A DNA stretch of 64,000 nucleotides from Vulcanimicrobiota bacterium. Its GTDB lineage: Bacteria; Vulcanimicrobiota; Vulcanimicrobiia; Vulcanimicrobiales; Vulcanimicrobiaceae. Of the stretch, positions 22,661-31,966 are shown one piece after another. The stretch is from assembly GCA_963782065.1 (NCBI GenBank), contig CAWAIE010000003.1:558667-622666 (forward strand), in the 5' to 3' direction. The stretch's first letter is position 1. Every line of letters starts with the position of its first letter. The translations under genes and the position numbers were made by a program. The notes beneath the pieces were generated by a model. The model did not search any database. It was not told the DNA's origin and saw only the letters and a list, made by a program, of their open reading frames with translations.

Positions 22661-23701
22661 ATGCACGGCGCCCGGGCCGCTCCTCGCAATCTTGCGTTCG
22701 ATTATGCGGTCGGGTTGTGTTGCGTCTGGGTTTCAGGCGGTTTCTTTCTCGACGCGTGGGCGCACGGGCACGTTCCGGTCGAGTCGTTCTTCACGCCGTA
22801 TCATGCGGCGTTCTACTCCGGCATGCTCGCGCTGATGCTCGTCTTTGCCGGCTTCGCCGCCCGCAACCACAGCCGCGGTTATTCCTGGAGCGACGCGCTT
22901 CCGCGGCCGTATCGCGTTGCGCTCGTCGGCATTCCGATCTTCATCGGCGCGGGCTTCGGAGATATGCTGTGGCACCGGCTGCTTGGACTCGAGGAAGGCG
23001 TCGACGCGCTCTTGAGCCCGACGCATCAAATCCTCGGACTCGGCATTTTCTTCCTCGCGAGCGGCCCCATCCGCAGCGTGCTCGCCGACCGCGCGCGTTC
23101 GACGACGTTGGCACTCCAAGCGCCGCTCGCGCTTGGGTTGGCGACGTGGCTGCTGCTGGCGCATTTTGGAACGGCCTACGCCATCGATCCGGCCGGCGGA
23201 CGCGCCGACGCGCCGCCGCCCATCGTTCCGTTTACGCCCGACTACCTCACGGCGTTGAGCATCGGCTACTACAAAGTGTCGATCGGCGTGCTCGTCGTGA
23301 TCTTCCAGAGTGCGCTCGTGAGCGGCTTCGCAATCTGGACGGTGTCGCGGCTTCGGCCGTCGCCCGGCATGCTGACGCTCGTGTACGCCGTCGGCGGAAT
23401 TCCGCCGGCGGCCGCCTTCACGAATCACTCCAACCTGCTGGCCGTCGCTGCCGCACAAGCGCTGCTGACCGGCATCCTGGCCGACGCCTACGTCGTGCGG
23501 CGCGACCCGCGCCCCGAACGCGTGGCGGTTTTTCGCACGTTTGCGGCGATCGTTCCGATGACGTTCTGCGGGGTCTACTTGGTGGCGACGGCGCTGTGGG
23601 GCGGTCTGTGGTGGGATTGGAACATCGCGCTGGGTGCGTGGATTTGGTCGGGCGTCGTTGGGTACGTGCTCAGTCTGCTCGCATCCGCGCGCCGCGCGTG
23701 A
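22661..23701 (+). CDS. Polytopic membrane protein, unknown function
   Basis: 346 aa, ~9-10 TM, His-containing loops (DAWAHGHVP, LSPTHQILGLG). Stop overlaps the GTG of the GT39 gene (GTGA). Confidence 0.55.
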   Translation: MHGARAAPRNLAFDYAVGLCCVWVSGGFFLDAWAHGHVPVESFFTPYHAAFYSGMLALMLVFAGFAARNHSRGYSWSDALPRPYRVALVGIPIFIGAGFGDMLWHRLLGLEEGVDALLSPTHQILGLGIFFLASGPIRSVLADRARSTTLALQAPLALGLATWLLLAHFGTAYAIDPAGGRADAPPPIVPFTPDYLTALSIGYYKVSIGVLVVIFQSALVSGFAIWTVSRLRPSPGMLTLVYAVGGIPPAAAFTNHSNLLAVAAAQALLTGILADAYVVRRDPRPERVAVFRTFAAIVPMTFCGVYLVATALWGGLWWDWNIALGAWIWSGVVGYVLSLLASARRA

Positions 23702-25227
23702 CGCCGGCTCGCGCGCTGCCGCTCTGCGCGGCGCTGCTGCATCTGGCGACCTCGTGGCGATACGGTTACTTCCGCGACGAACTCTACTTCATCGCCTGCG
23801 CCAAGCATCTCGCGTGGGGATACGTCGATCAACCTCCGCTGGTGGCGTTGGCGGCGTGGTTGTCGGCTCCGGCGGGCTACGGTCTCGTTACGTTGCGCCT
23901 GCTGCCCACACTCGCGGCAGGTGCGACCGTGTACGTCGCGATCGCGCTGACGCGCGAACTCGGCGGCGGACGCTTCGCGCAATTCCTCAGCGGCATCGCG
24001 ACGATGCTGCTGCCGGCGTATTTGCTGCTCGGCAACGCCTTGACGACGACGTCGTTCGAGCCGCTCTCGTGGACGTTGACGATCTACGCCGCCGTCCGCA
24101 TCGTTCGCACGCCGCCGGAGAAGGCGGTCCGCTCGTGGCTGCTGCTCGCCGCAGCGCTGGTCTTCGGCGCGTACGGCAAGTACTCGATCGGGCTGCTCGC
24201 CGCGGGTTTAACCGTCGGGATCCTCGTCACGCCGCAACGGCGCGTACTCGCCTCGCCGCGGCCGTTCGCGGTTGCGGCCGTGGTACTGCTGCTGCTCCTT
24301 CCGAACGTGGTCTGGCAAGCATCGCACGGCTGGCCGTTCGTCGAGGTCTTGCGTGGCGACGCGGCGCACCGGCCGGCGTTTCAGAGCGGCGCGGCATTGG
24401 AGTTCACCGATTTCGCGCGCAATGCCGCGGCCTTCATGCTGGAACAAGCGATCTATACCAACGTGCTGGCCGTTCCGATCTGGATCGCCGGCATCGTCGC
24501 GCCGTTTCGCACAAACGCGTTACGCGATCTGCGTTTCGTCTCGGTCGCCTCGGTCGTCGTCGTCGCCGCGGCGATCGCGTTAGGCGCCAAAGGCTACTAC
24601 GTCATCGGTCTCTACGCATCGCTGATCGCGATCGGCGCCGTAGAGATCGAACGACTCGCCGCAACGTTGCGCGTCGCCTTGGCGGCGGCGCTGGTGCTGA
24701 CGGCGGCGGCGGCGCTGCCGTTTTCGCTGCCGCTGCTGCCGATCGATGGGCTCATCGCCTATTGCCAACGGCTCGGCTTGACCGGACGCGGCGGAACGCC
24801 GTCGCACCTCGTCCAACCCGTCTTTGCCGAGGAGTTCGGGTGGGAGCGGTTGGCGCGCGACGTCGCCGGCGTCTATCGCTCGCTGCCGCCGAACCTGCGC
24901 AACGCCACCGCCGTCTACGCCGACACCTACGGCGACGCGGGAGCGCTCGATTTCTACGGCCCCCGCTACGGCTTGCCGCCGGTGATATCGAGTCAGAATT
25001 CGTACTACCTTTGGGGAACGCACGGCTACGACGGACGCACGATGGTGGCCGTCGGCGCCACGCGGATCGATCTGCTGCGCCGGTACTATCGCAGCGTCAC
25101 CCTCGTGCGCACGTCGGCCGAGCCGTACAAGTGGATCGTGGAGGGACCCTCACCAATCTATCTCTGTCGCGATCCCGTCGCGCCGCTGGCGACGATCTGG
25201 CCGTACCTGCGCTGGTACGGCGCGTAA
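23698..25227 (+). CDS. Glycosyltransferase family 39 (GT-C fold; ArnT/PMT-like)
   Basis: In-frame GTG at 23698 within the 941-aa track ORF. YGYFRDELYFIACAKHLAWGYVDQPPLVALAAWL is the COG1807/GT39 N-terminal DE-loop motif. ~11 TM plus a soluble C-terminal domain. Confidence 0.7.
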   Translation: MTPARALPLCAALLHLATSWRYGYFRDELYFIACAKHLAWGYVDQPPLVALAAWLSAPAGYGLVTLRLLPTLAAGATVYVAIALTRELGGGRFAQFLSGIATMLLPAYLLLGNALTTTSFEPLSWTLTIYAAVRIVRTPPEKAVRSWLLLAAALVFGAYGKYSIGLLAAGLTVGILVTPQRRVLASPRPFAVAAVVLLLLLPNVVWQASHGWPFVEVLRGDAAHRPAFQSGAALEFTDFARNAAAFMLEQAIYTNVLAVPIWIAGIVAPFRTNALRDLRFVSVASVVVVAAAIALGAKGYYVIGLYASLIAIGAVEIERLAATLRVALAAALVLTAAAALPFSLPLLPIDGLIAYCQRLGLTGRGGTPSHLVQPVFAEEFGWERLARDVAGVYRSLPPNLRNATAVYADTYGDAGALDFYGPRYGLPPVISSQNSYYLWGTHGYDGRTMVAVGATRIDLLRRYYRSVTLVRTSAEPYKWIVEGPSPIYLCRDPVAPLATIWPYLRWYGA

Positions 25228-25231
25228 CGTT

Positions 25232-25249
25232 CGCGGGCACTTGCCCGCG
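25232..25249 (+). promoter_or_regulatory. Perfect hairpin (CGCGGGCA-CT-TGCCCGCG) between the GT39 stop and the pilin-like start
   Basis: The 8-nt arms are exact reverse complements. The hairpin ends 2 nt before GTG 25252, and no Shine-Dalgarno sequence is visible. Confidence 0.5.
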
Positions 25250-25251
25250 GC

Positions 25252-26994
25252 GTGGAACCTTCGTCGCGTCAAGCCGGCTTCACGCTCGCCGAAACGGCCG
25301 TTGCGCTCGCGATTCTTGCGATGCTGGCCGCCGGCGCGGCTTGGATGCTCGGCACGCATCCGGGTGCCATGACGCACGCGACGGACGATTTCGACGCGGC
25401 ATTGGCGAGCGCACGCGCGATCGCGGCGACGAGCGGTAACGGCGCGACGCTCGCGTTCCTGCCGCGCGGCGATACGTCGCACGCGCTCGCCGGATTCACG
25501 TTGCGAGTTTTTCGCGGTCGTCCCACCGCAATCGGCGCCGTGCGCCCATCGACGGCGATGCCCGTGACGTCCGACGCCGGCGTCTCCGAAAAGACGCTGG
25601 GAACGCCGCCGTTCGCGCTCTTCTTCGGCGCATCAGGCAACGTGAGCGGAGCGTCGAACTACCCGCAGAGCGACGCGCGCGGTGAGGTGCGCTTCGGAAC
25701 GATCGCGATCGAACCGCCGTGTCCGGAGGGCGGCTTCGTTCTCTCGTTCGCGGACGCACGAAAAACCGTGAAGGTCCGTCTGCCGTGTGCGTCGTCGATT
25801 GCCGCGACGGCTCCCCCCGATCCGTCGCCGACGCCGAACGCGCTGCTCGTCACGCCCGGCCAGCTGCACTATCACTGGCCGGCAGACGTCCGTCAAACGT
25901 TCGTCGCCACCGAATGGGGATACACGCACTGGTTCGCCGCAAGCGGCTTTGCTTGCGGCGCGAACGTCGCGGTCTTTCCAAACGTTCTGCCGTCGCCGTA
26001 CTCGCCGCCCTACGACGCACGGGAAGGCGCGGCGACACCGCCACCTCCGCCGCGTGCGCCGTATTCCTACCCCAACTCCGGCGGCCAAAGCATGAACGAT
26101 GCGCCGGCGCCCTTCCCGCTCGATCCGGTACGCGAAGGCCTCTGCACCGCATCGATCGCCGACGATTTTGGGCAGCCGGCGCGCGTCGCAGTTCAAGTGA
26201 TGGGCTGGCTTACGGCGGCCTACGGTGGCAACGCCTACACGCATCGTTCGAGACGCGCGCTCACCCTGCCGTCGTCGACGTTTCCACATAAAGGCGCGTC
26301 GGTCACGATCGCACTCTCCAAGACCTATGACGCCGAACCGCTGCACGGGCTGGTGGCATTCGACGATGCGTGTTCGCCCTATCTCTCGTTCGCGAGCGCT
26401 CCCGGCAAGACGCCGCCGTCGCCCGCTCCAACGCCCGCGACGGCCGCCGTCACGTTGACGCTCGTCACGCTTCCCGCCTCAAAGACTCAATGCGGCGGCG
26501 TCATCTACGATCAATACGCGCGCGCGCTCGACGGTGAAGGGATTGCGTTCAATGCGACGCTTGGCACGCAGCCCTGCGCGAACGAGCGCAACGTCTGGCA
26601 AGGGCCCGCCGACGGCGCTTGTTACGATCTCTACGTCATCGTCACCGGACGGACGCAGACCGGCGGATGGACCGAGGAGAGTGTGATGGGCACGTACGCG
26701 CCGCACGGCACGCCCGGGGAAGACATCTACCGATGGGTCGTCGACAACGGCGCCTGTTACGTGCAGAACGCGGGCGGCACCGGGTTCGCGCAGTGGGCAA
26801 TCTTGCTTGGCAACGGCGACCCGACGCCGCCGCCGGTTGCATCGCCCCAGCCGATGCCGAATCCAGCCGGGTTCGGAACGGCGTATGCGTCCGATACGGT
26901 CGCCGTCACGTCGGCGCCCGATCCGAATCCCACGCACCCGCCGCCGCTGCAGTGCGGTTCGGGCGGCCTTCCGACGCCGAGCGCGCCGCCTTAG
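25252..26994 (+). CDS. Large (580 aa) prepilin-type N-terminal domain protein with long Pro/Ala/Thr-rich C-terminal region
   Basis: GTG start. M-EPSSRQAG|FTLAETAVALAILAMLAAGA (Gly-Phe cleavage context, Glu+5). Residues ~40-100 resemble GspH/FimT-type minor pilins (DDFDAALASARAIA…ATLAF). The remaining ~480 aa are unassigned. Confidence 0.65.
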   Translation: MEPSSRQAGFTLAETAVALAILAMLAAGAAWMLGTHPGAMTHATDDFDAALASARAIAATSGNGATLAFLPRGDTSHALAGFTLRVFRGRPTAIGAVRPSTAMPVTSDAGVSEKTLGTPPFALFFGASGNVSGASNYPQSDARGEVRFGTIAIEPPCPEGGFVLSFADARKTVKVRLPCASSIAATAPPDPSPTPNALLVTPGQLHYHWPADVRQTFVATEWGYTHWFAASGFACGANVAVFPNVLPSPYSPPYDAREGAATPPPPPRAPYSYPNSGGQSMNDAPAPFPLDPVREGLCTASIADDFGQPARVAVQVMGWLTAAYGGNAYTHRSRRALTLPSSTFPHKGASVTIALSKTYDAEPLHGLVAFDDACSPYLSFASAPGKTPPSPAPTPATAAVTLTLVTLPASKTQCGGVIYDQYARALDGEGIAFNATLGTQPCANERNVWQGPADGACYDLYVIVTGRTQTGGWTEESVMGTYAPHGTPGEDIYRWVVDNGACYVQNAGGTGFAQWAILLGNGDPTPPPVASPQPMPNPAGFGTAYASDTVAVTSAPDPNPTHPPPLQCGSGGLPTPSAPP

Positions 26995-26998
26995 GCGC

Positions 26999-27751
26999 CT
27001 AGCCTTCCTCGCCGCCCGGGACGACGATCGCGACGCCGTTACGCGAACCGGCAACCAAATCGAAGACGGCCTCCGCGACTTCATCGATGCCGGCGATGCG
27101 CCCGAGCGGATTCGACTCCGCGAGCCGCGCACGTGCAACGTGCTCGTCGGCGCCGGTGTGCTTGGAGACGTTCGCAATTGCCTTACGCATCATGTCGGTT
27201 TCGGTATAGCCCGGGCAGACCGCGTTGACCGTAATGCCGGTGCCGGAAAATTCAGCGGCGATCGCCCGGGTGAAGCCGAGGACGCCGTGTTTACTCGCGC
27301 AGTACGCGCCTAAATACGCGGCGCCGCCGAGCGCGGCGGTGCTCGCGACGTTGACGATGCGTCCCCACTTCGCAACGATCATGTCCTCAGCCGCGGCGCG
27401 CGTGCAGAGAAACGTGCCGGTGAGGTTGGTCGCGAGAATTTGGTTCCACATCGGAAGGCTCGTCCGCAGGAGCGGCGCCGATTCCGCGATGCCGGAGTTG
27501 TTGACCAGCACCGCGATCGGGCCGTTCGCTTCGCGGCAGGCATCGAGCGCGGCGCCGACTTGTGCTTCGTTGGTCACGTCGCCTTCGGTGCGAAAGAACC
27601 GTTCGTCGGAATGCGGCGCGCGCGCGGAACGGCTGACGATGCTCACGCGCAACCCGCGGTCGGCAAACAACGCGGCGATGCCCAATCCGATGCCGCGCGC
27701 TCCGCCGGTAACGACCGCGTGTTTGCCGTGCAGCCCGGCGTCAGCTGACAC
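26999..27751 (-). CDS. Short-chain dehydrogenase/reductase (SDR)
   Basis: 250 aa with [17 protein letters not shown] and YCASKHG (YxxxK). Confidence 0.85.
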   Translation of the reverse strand: MSADAGLHGKHAVVTGGARGIGLGIAALFADRGLRVSIVSRSARAPHSDERFFRTEGDVTNEAQVGAALDACREANGPIAVLVNNSGIAESAPLLRTSLPMWNQILATNLTGTFLCTRAAAEDMIVAKWGRIVNVASTAALGGAAYLGAYCASKHGVLGFTRAIAAEFSGTGITVNAVCPGYTETDMMRKAIANVSKHTGADEHVARARLAESNPLGRIAGIDEVAEAVFDLVAGSRNGVAIVVPGGEEG

Positions 27752-30011
27752 CGGCCGCCTGCTCCTGCGCCCGCGCGATCAACCGCTCCAGCTGTTGTTT
27801 TCCCGGAAGATACTGCACCGGCCACGCGGCGTCGGCGTACCCCAGTTGCGCCGCCGCGTGCAGCGTCCACGCGGCGTCGGCGAGATGCGGCCGTCCGAGC
27901 GCCACGAGATCTGCGCGCCCTGCCGCCAGAATGGCATTGACCTGATCGGCGTCGGTGACGTTGCCGACCGCCATCGTCGCGATGCCGACCTCGTTGCGGA
28001 TTTTATCCGCGTACGGCGTTTGGAACATGCGGCCGTACACGGGCTTGGCGTCGGGCGACGTCTGTCCGGTGGAGACGTCGACGAGGTCTGCGCCGGCATG
28101 CCTGAAGGCGCGGGCGATCTCGACGGCGTCGTCGCCGGAGATGCCGCCCTCCACCCAATCCGTCGCCGAGATGCGCACCGACATCGGGCGTTGCGACGGC
28201 CACGCGGCGCGCATCGCAGCAAAGACCTCTAGCGGGTAGCGCAGACGATTCTCGAGCGTGCCGCCGTATTCGTCGGTGCGGCGATTGCGCAGCGGCGTGA
28301 TAAAGGACGAGAGCAGATAGCCGTGCGCGCAATGGAGTTCGAGCATGTCGAAATCGGCCTCGATCCCCATGGTCGCGGCGCGCACGAACGCGTCGCGAAT
28401 CTCGTTCATCTCCGCGCGCGAGAGTTCGAGCGGCACTTGATTGAGAGGTGCGTAGGGAATTGCCGAGGGGCCGACCACCGGCCAGTTCTCGGCGTCGAGC
28501 GGTTCGTCCATCCCGTCCCACATGAGCTTGGTCGAACCTTTCGGCCCGGAGTGTCCCAGCTGCAAGCAGATCTTTGCCTGCGAATACGCGTGTACGAAAT
28601 CGACGATCCGCCGCCACGCAATGGCGTGCTCCGGCAGATACATGCCGGTGCAGCCGGGCGAGATCCGGCCGTCGCGCGTGACGCAGGTCATTTCGGTGAA
28701 GACGAGGCCGGCGCCGCCGAGCGCCCGTGCGCCGAGATGGACGAGATGAAAATCGTTGGGCATTCCGTCGACCGCGCTGTACATATCCATGGGAGAGACG
28801 ACAACGCGGTTGCGCAACTCGAGGCCGCGCAAACGAAACGGCGTGAACATCGGTGGGATCTGCATCCCGCCGGCGAACCAGCGCTCGACTCGCTCGACGT
28901 ACGTGGTATCGCGTAAGCGCAGGTTTTCGTGACCGATGCGCTGGCTGCGCGTGAGTAGACTGTATGCGAACTGCTCGGGCGGGAGGCCGGCGTAACGAGC
29001 CACGTTCTCGAACCATTCCGTCGAATTGCGCGCCGCGTTTTGTAGTTTGAGCACCTCGATGCGGCGTGCCGCTTCATATTCAGGCAAGGCTTCGTCGAGT
29101 TGGCCGCCCGAAGCAGCCAGCGCGTCGGCCAAGCCGATCGCGTCTTCCATGGCGAGTTTCGTACCCGATCCCACCGAGAAGTGCGCGGTGTGCGCGGCGT
29201 CGCCCATCAGCACGACATTTTCATGAACCCAGCGTTCGTTGCCGAGCCGCGTGAAGTTGAGCCAATCACGTCCGCGCAGGTGCGTGCTGTTCGTCATCAG
29301 GCGATGTCCGCGCAGGTACGGCGCGAAGAGCGCCTCGCAGAACGCGATCGACTCGGCCGAGCCGGCCGCGTCGAGGCCGTGCGCGCGCCACGTCTCCTCG
29401 CGGCATTCGACGATGAACGTACTCAAATCGCGGTCGAACCGATAGGCGTGCACCGTGAACCACCCGTGTTCGGTGCGCTCGAAGACGAAGGTGAACGCGT
29501 CGAGCGGCAGCGTCGTGCCGAACCAGACATAGCGGCAAAGCCGCCGGTCGAGATTCGGCCGGAAGGTTTCGGCATAGGTGTTGCGGGTGCGGCTGTTCGC
29601 GCCGTCGGCGCCCACGAGGAGATCGCAATCGCGATAGGCCCCGACGTCCTCGATGTCGGTTTGGAAGCGCAGATCGACGCCGACCTCCGTCGCACGCTCT
29701 TGCAGAATTCCGAGCAGTCGTTTGCGCGCGATGCCGGAGAACCCGTGGCCGCTGGACGTGATCGTATGCCCCTTGAAATGCACGTCGATGTCGTCCCAAT
29801 GGGCGAAGGATTGCGCGATCGCGCTGTGCGTCGGCTCGTCGGCCCGCTGCAGCGCCCCGAGCGTCGCATCCGAAAAGACGACGCCCCATCCGAACGTATC
29901 GAGCGGGCGATTCCGCTCGAGCACGCTCACCTCCCATTCCGGAAACCGTTGTTTGGCGAGCAGCGCGAAGTAAAGTCCCGCCGGTCCGCCGCCGATGCAA
30001 ACGACGCGCAT
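27741..30011 (-). CDS. Bifunctional aryl-CoA monooxygenase/reductase (2-aminobenzoyl-CoA monooxygenase/reductase or salicylyl-CoA 5-hydroxylase type)
   Basis: 756 aa. The N-terminal half is an FAD aromatic hydroxylase ([16 protein letters not shown]…, [15 protein letters not shown]). The C-terminal half is Old-Yellow-Enzyme-like (…[17 protein letters not shown]…). This fusion architecture is characteristic of that family. Confidence 0.7.
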   Translation of the reverse strand: MRVVCIGGGPAGLYFALLAKQRFPEWEVSVLERNRPLDTFGWGVVFSDATLGALQRADEPTHSAIAQSFAHWDDIDVHFKGHTITSSGHGFSGIARKRLLGILQERATEVGVDLRFQTDIEDVGAYRDCDLLVGADGANSRTRNTYAETFRPNLDRRLCRYVWFGTTLPLDAFTFVFERTEHGWFTVHAYRFDRDLSTFIVECREETWRAHGLDAAGSAESIAFCEALFAPYLRGHRLMTNSTHLRGRDWLNFTRLGNERWVHENVVLMGDAAHTAHFSVGSGTKLAMEDAIGLADALAASGGQLDEALPEYEAARRIEVLKLQNAARNSTEWFENVARYAGLPPEQFAYSLLTRSQRIGHENLRLRDTTYVERVERWFAGGMQIPPMFTPFRLRGLELRNRVVVSPMDMYSAVDGMPNDFHLVHLGARALGGAGLVFTEMTCVTRDGRISPGCTGMYLPEHAIAWRRIVDFVHAYSQAKICLQLGHSGPKGSTKLMWDGMDEPLDAENWPVVGPSAIPYAPLNQVPLELSRAEMNEIRDAFVRAATMGIEADFDMLELHCAHGYLLSSFITPLRNRRTDEYGGTLENRLRYPLEVFAAMRAAWPSQRPMSVRISATDWVEGGISGDDAVEIARAFRHAGADLVDVSTGQTSPDAKPVYGRMFQTPYADKIRNEVGIATMAVGNVTDADQVNAILAAGRADLVALGRPHLADAAWTLHAAAQLGYADAAWPVQYLPGKQQLERLIARAQEQAAGVS

Positions 30012-30029
30012 AGGAAAGCGGCGGCGTCC

Positions 30030-31277
30030 TTACTTTGGCCCGAGCGCGAGGTAAACCGGCGAAAGCTCCTTGGCTTCGTCGGTCATTGGTATCGGATTTC
30101 CCGTATAGGGCGGCAAATACTCGAGCACCGACCCAGGCGTTCCGGTTCCTCCACGCGGCCGATCGGAAACGAACAAGTTGCCCGCCGCGTCTAGTACGAT
30201 CTGACCGACGTGGTCGTACGTACCGATGCCCTTGTCGATCGTGTGGATCGGACCTTGGGTGTAGGGTGCTGCGTATTCGGTGACGCTGCTGTGAAACGTC
30301 TGCGAGTTCAGCACGAAGACGTTCCCGTCGCCGTCAACGGCCAGCGACGTCGGCAAGGCGACGCCCGACCTTATGATGGCCGAAGGCCGGCCTTTATAGG
30401 GCGGCGGGTAGACGTCGACCCGGCCCACGTCCTTCTGCGAGTTCGCCCACGCTACGAACAGGTTGCCGTGCGAATCGAACGCTGCGTCGGTGGGAACGCA
30501 GTAGTTCTGCTGATCGTAGGGATTGGCGGGGCAACCCGCGCCCGCGCTGACCTGCCCGATGTGCTTACGCCAATGAATCGGCGATCGATATTCGTGCACG
30601 TATCTGGCGGCATAATTGTAATTCCCGAATTTGCCGACGGTAAAGAGACCGAAGACGTCGACTTGATTCGCGACGATACCGATATCCGGCTGAGAAAGAT
30701 ACAGCGGCGCCTTCGGCATCGCTACGGCGATCGGCGGTGCAGTGTAGGGCGCCGCATATTCACTGACGTCGCCGCCATTCGCGTCTCGGCTGGCACGCTG
30801 GCTTACGACGTACAGGTTTTCAGCGCTATCAACCGCGAGGGTATGATCGATGCCTGGAAGCAGTTCCCCAATACCGTTGGTAATGACCGCCAATGGTGCG
30901 GCGGTGTACGGAGGTGCAAACTCCACGATACACCCGAGGTCGGAAGGAGAGCAGGACCCGGCGAGCGCGACGAACAGGTTGCCGGAGGAGTCGACGGTCA
31001 TCTCTTCGGGGCTCGAGTACCCCGCGATGTTACCGCGTCCTACCGAAACGATCGTTCCATGCGGAGGTTCGAAAGCGATGACCCGGTCGGGATCGTTGGC
31101 GTTGTTATTCGCGGCAAAGATCGTCTGAACCAAGAATGGCGTCGGCTCCGCATTTGGACGCGTGCGGACCGCTGCCGGCAAGTGCGCGCCGCTCGGATCT
31201 TGAGTCGTCTCCCCGCCGGAACACGCGCCGAGCGCGCCGGCGAGACAGAACGGGATGGCAACGACTCGCCAATGCAA
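30030..31277 (-). CDS. Lipoprotein with NHL/beta-propeller-like repeats
   Basis: Start moved to TTG rc 31275-31277 (AAAGGA 9 nt upstream), giving MHWRVVAIPFCLAGALGA|CSG. Five repeats of D(S/A)xGN(L/V)FV … EYA(A/P)PYT. Confidence 0.6.
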   Translation of the reverse strand: MHWRVVAIPFCLAGALGACSGGETTQDPSGAHLPAAVRTRPNAEPTPFLVQTIFAANNNANDPDRVIAFEPPHGTIVSVGRGNIAGYSSPEEMTVDSSGNLFVALAGSCSPSDLGCIVEFAPPYTAAPLAVITNGIGELLPGIDHTLAVDSAENLYVVSQRASRDANGGDVSEYAAPYTAPPIAVAMPKAPLYLSQPDIGIVANQVDVFGLFTVGKFGNYNYAARYVHEYRSPIHWRKHIGQVSAGAGCPANPYDQQNYCVPTDAAFDSHGNLFVAWANSQKDVGRVDVYPPPYKGRPSAIIRSGVALPTSLAVDGDGNVFVLNSQTFHSSVTEYAAPYTQGPIHTIDKGIGTYDHVGQIVLDAAGNLFVSDRPRGGTGTPGSVLEYLPPYTGNPIPMTDEAKELSPVYLALGPK

Positions 31278-31303
31278 TTGTTGATGTCCTTTCCGTAAGA
31301 GTC

Positions 31304-31966
31304 CTACGAGCGTTTGCGGGCAACCAAGATGCCATCGCACATGGCGACGAGCGAAACGTCGACGCGTTCGTCGCGTCCGGCCTTCGCGTTGAGCGCGCGC
31401 AACGCCGCCGTGCTGGCGTCGCCCTCGCGGCCGTCGAGCACGCGTCCACTCCAGAGGACGTTATCGACGAGAATCAAGCCGCCCGGGCGCACCAACCGTA
31501 GGGCCGCCTCGTAGTAGTTGTCCACGTTGGTTTTGTCGGCGTCAATGAACGCCATATCGAACGGCTCGGCGTGCGCCGCTTCGAGCGCCGCGATCGTTTC
31601 AAGCGCCGGCGCGATGCGCAGGTCGATCTTGTGCGCGACGCCGGCTCGTTCCCAATAGCGCCGCGCGACTGCCGTGTACTCCTCGCTCACGTCGCACGCG
31701 ACGATGCGTCCGTCGTCGGGAATGGCCTGCGCCATCGCCAGCGACGAATAACCGGTGAAGACGCCGATTTCCAGGTAGCGTCTGGCGCCGATCGTGCGCG
31801 CCAGCAGCTGCATGAAGGCGCCCTGCTCGGGTCCGATTTCCATCTGCGCGTCGGTATGCCGCGACGTCTCTTCGCGCAACGCCGCCAGAACGGGGTGCTC
31901 GCGAACGGTTTGCGCGATGATGTATTCTTGAACGGCTTGGTCGATGAACGTGCTCTTGGCGATCAT
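31304..31966 (-). CDS. Class I SAM-dependent O-methyltransferase (caffeoyl-CoA OMT-like)
   Basis: 220-aa core MIAKSTFIDQAVQEYI… with LEIGVFTGYSSLAMA and DMAFIDADK. ATG rc 31964-31966 overlaps the upstream stop (ATGA). Confidence 0.75.
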   Translation of the reverse strand: MIAKSTFIDQAVQEYIIAQTVREHPVLAALREETSRHTDAQMEIGPEQGAFMQLLARTIGARRYLEIGVFTGYSSLAMAQAIPDDGRIVACDVSEEYTAVARRYWERAGVAHKIDLRIAPALETIAALEAAHAEPFDMAFIDADKTNVDNYYEAALRLVRPGGLILVDNVLWSGRVLDGREGDASTAALRALNAKAGRDERVDVSLVAMCDGILVARKRS

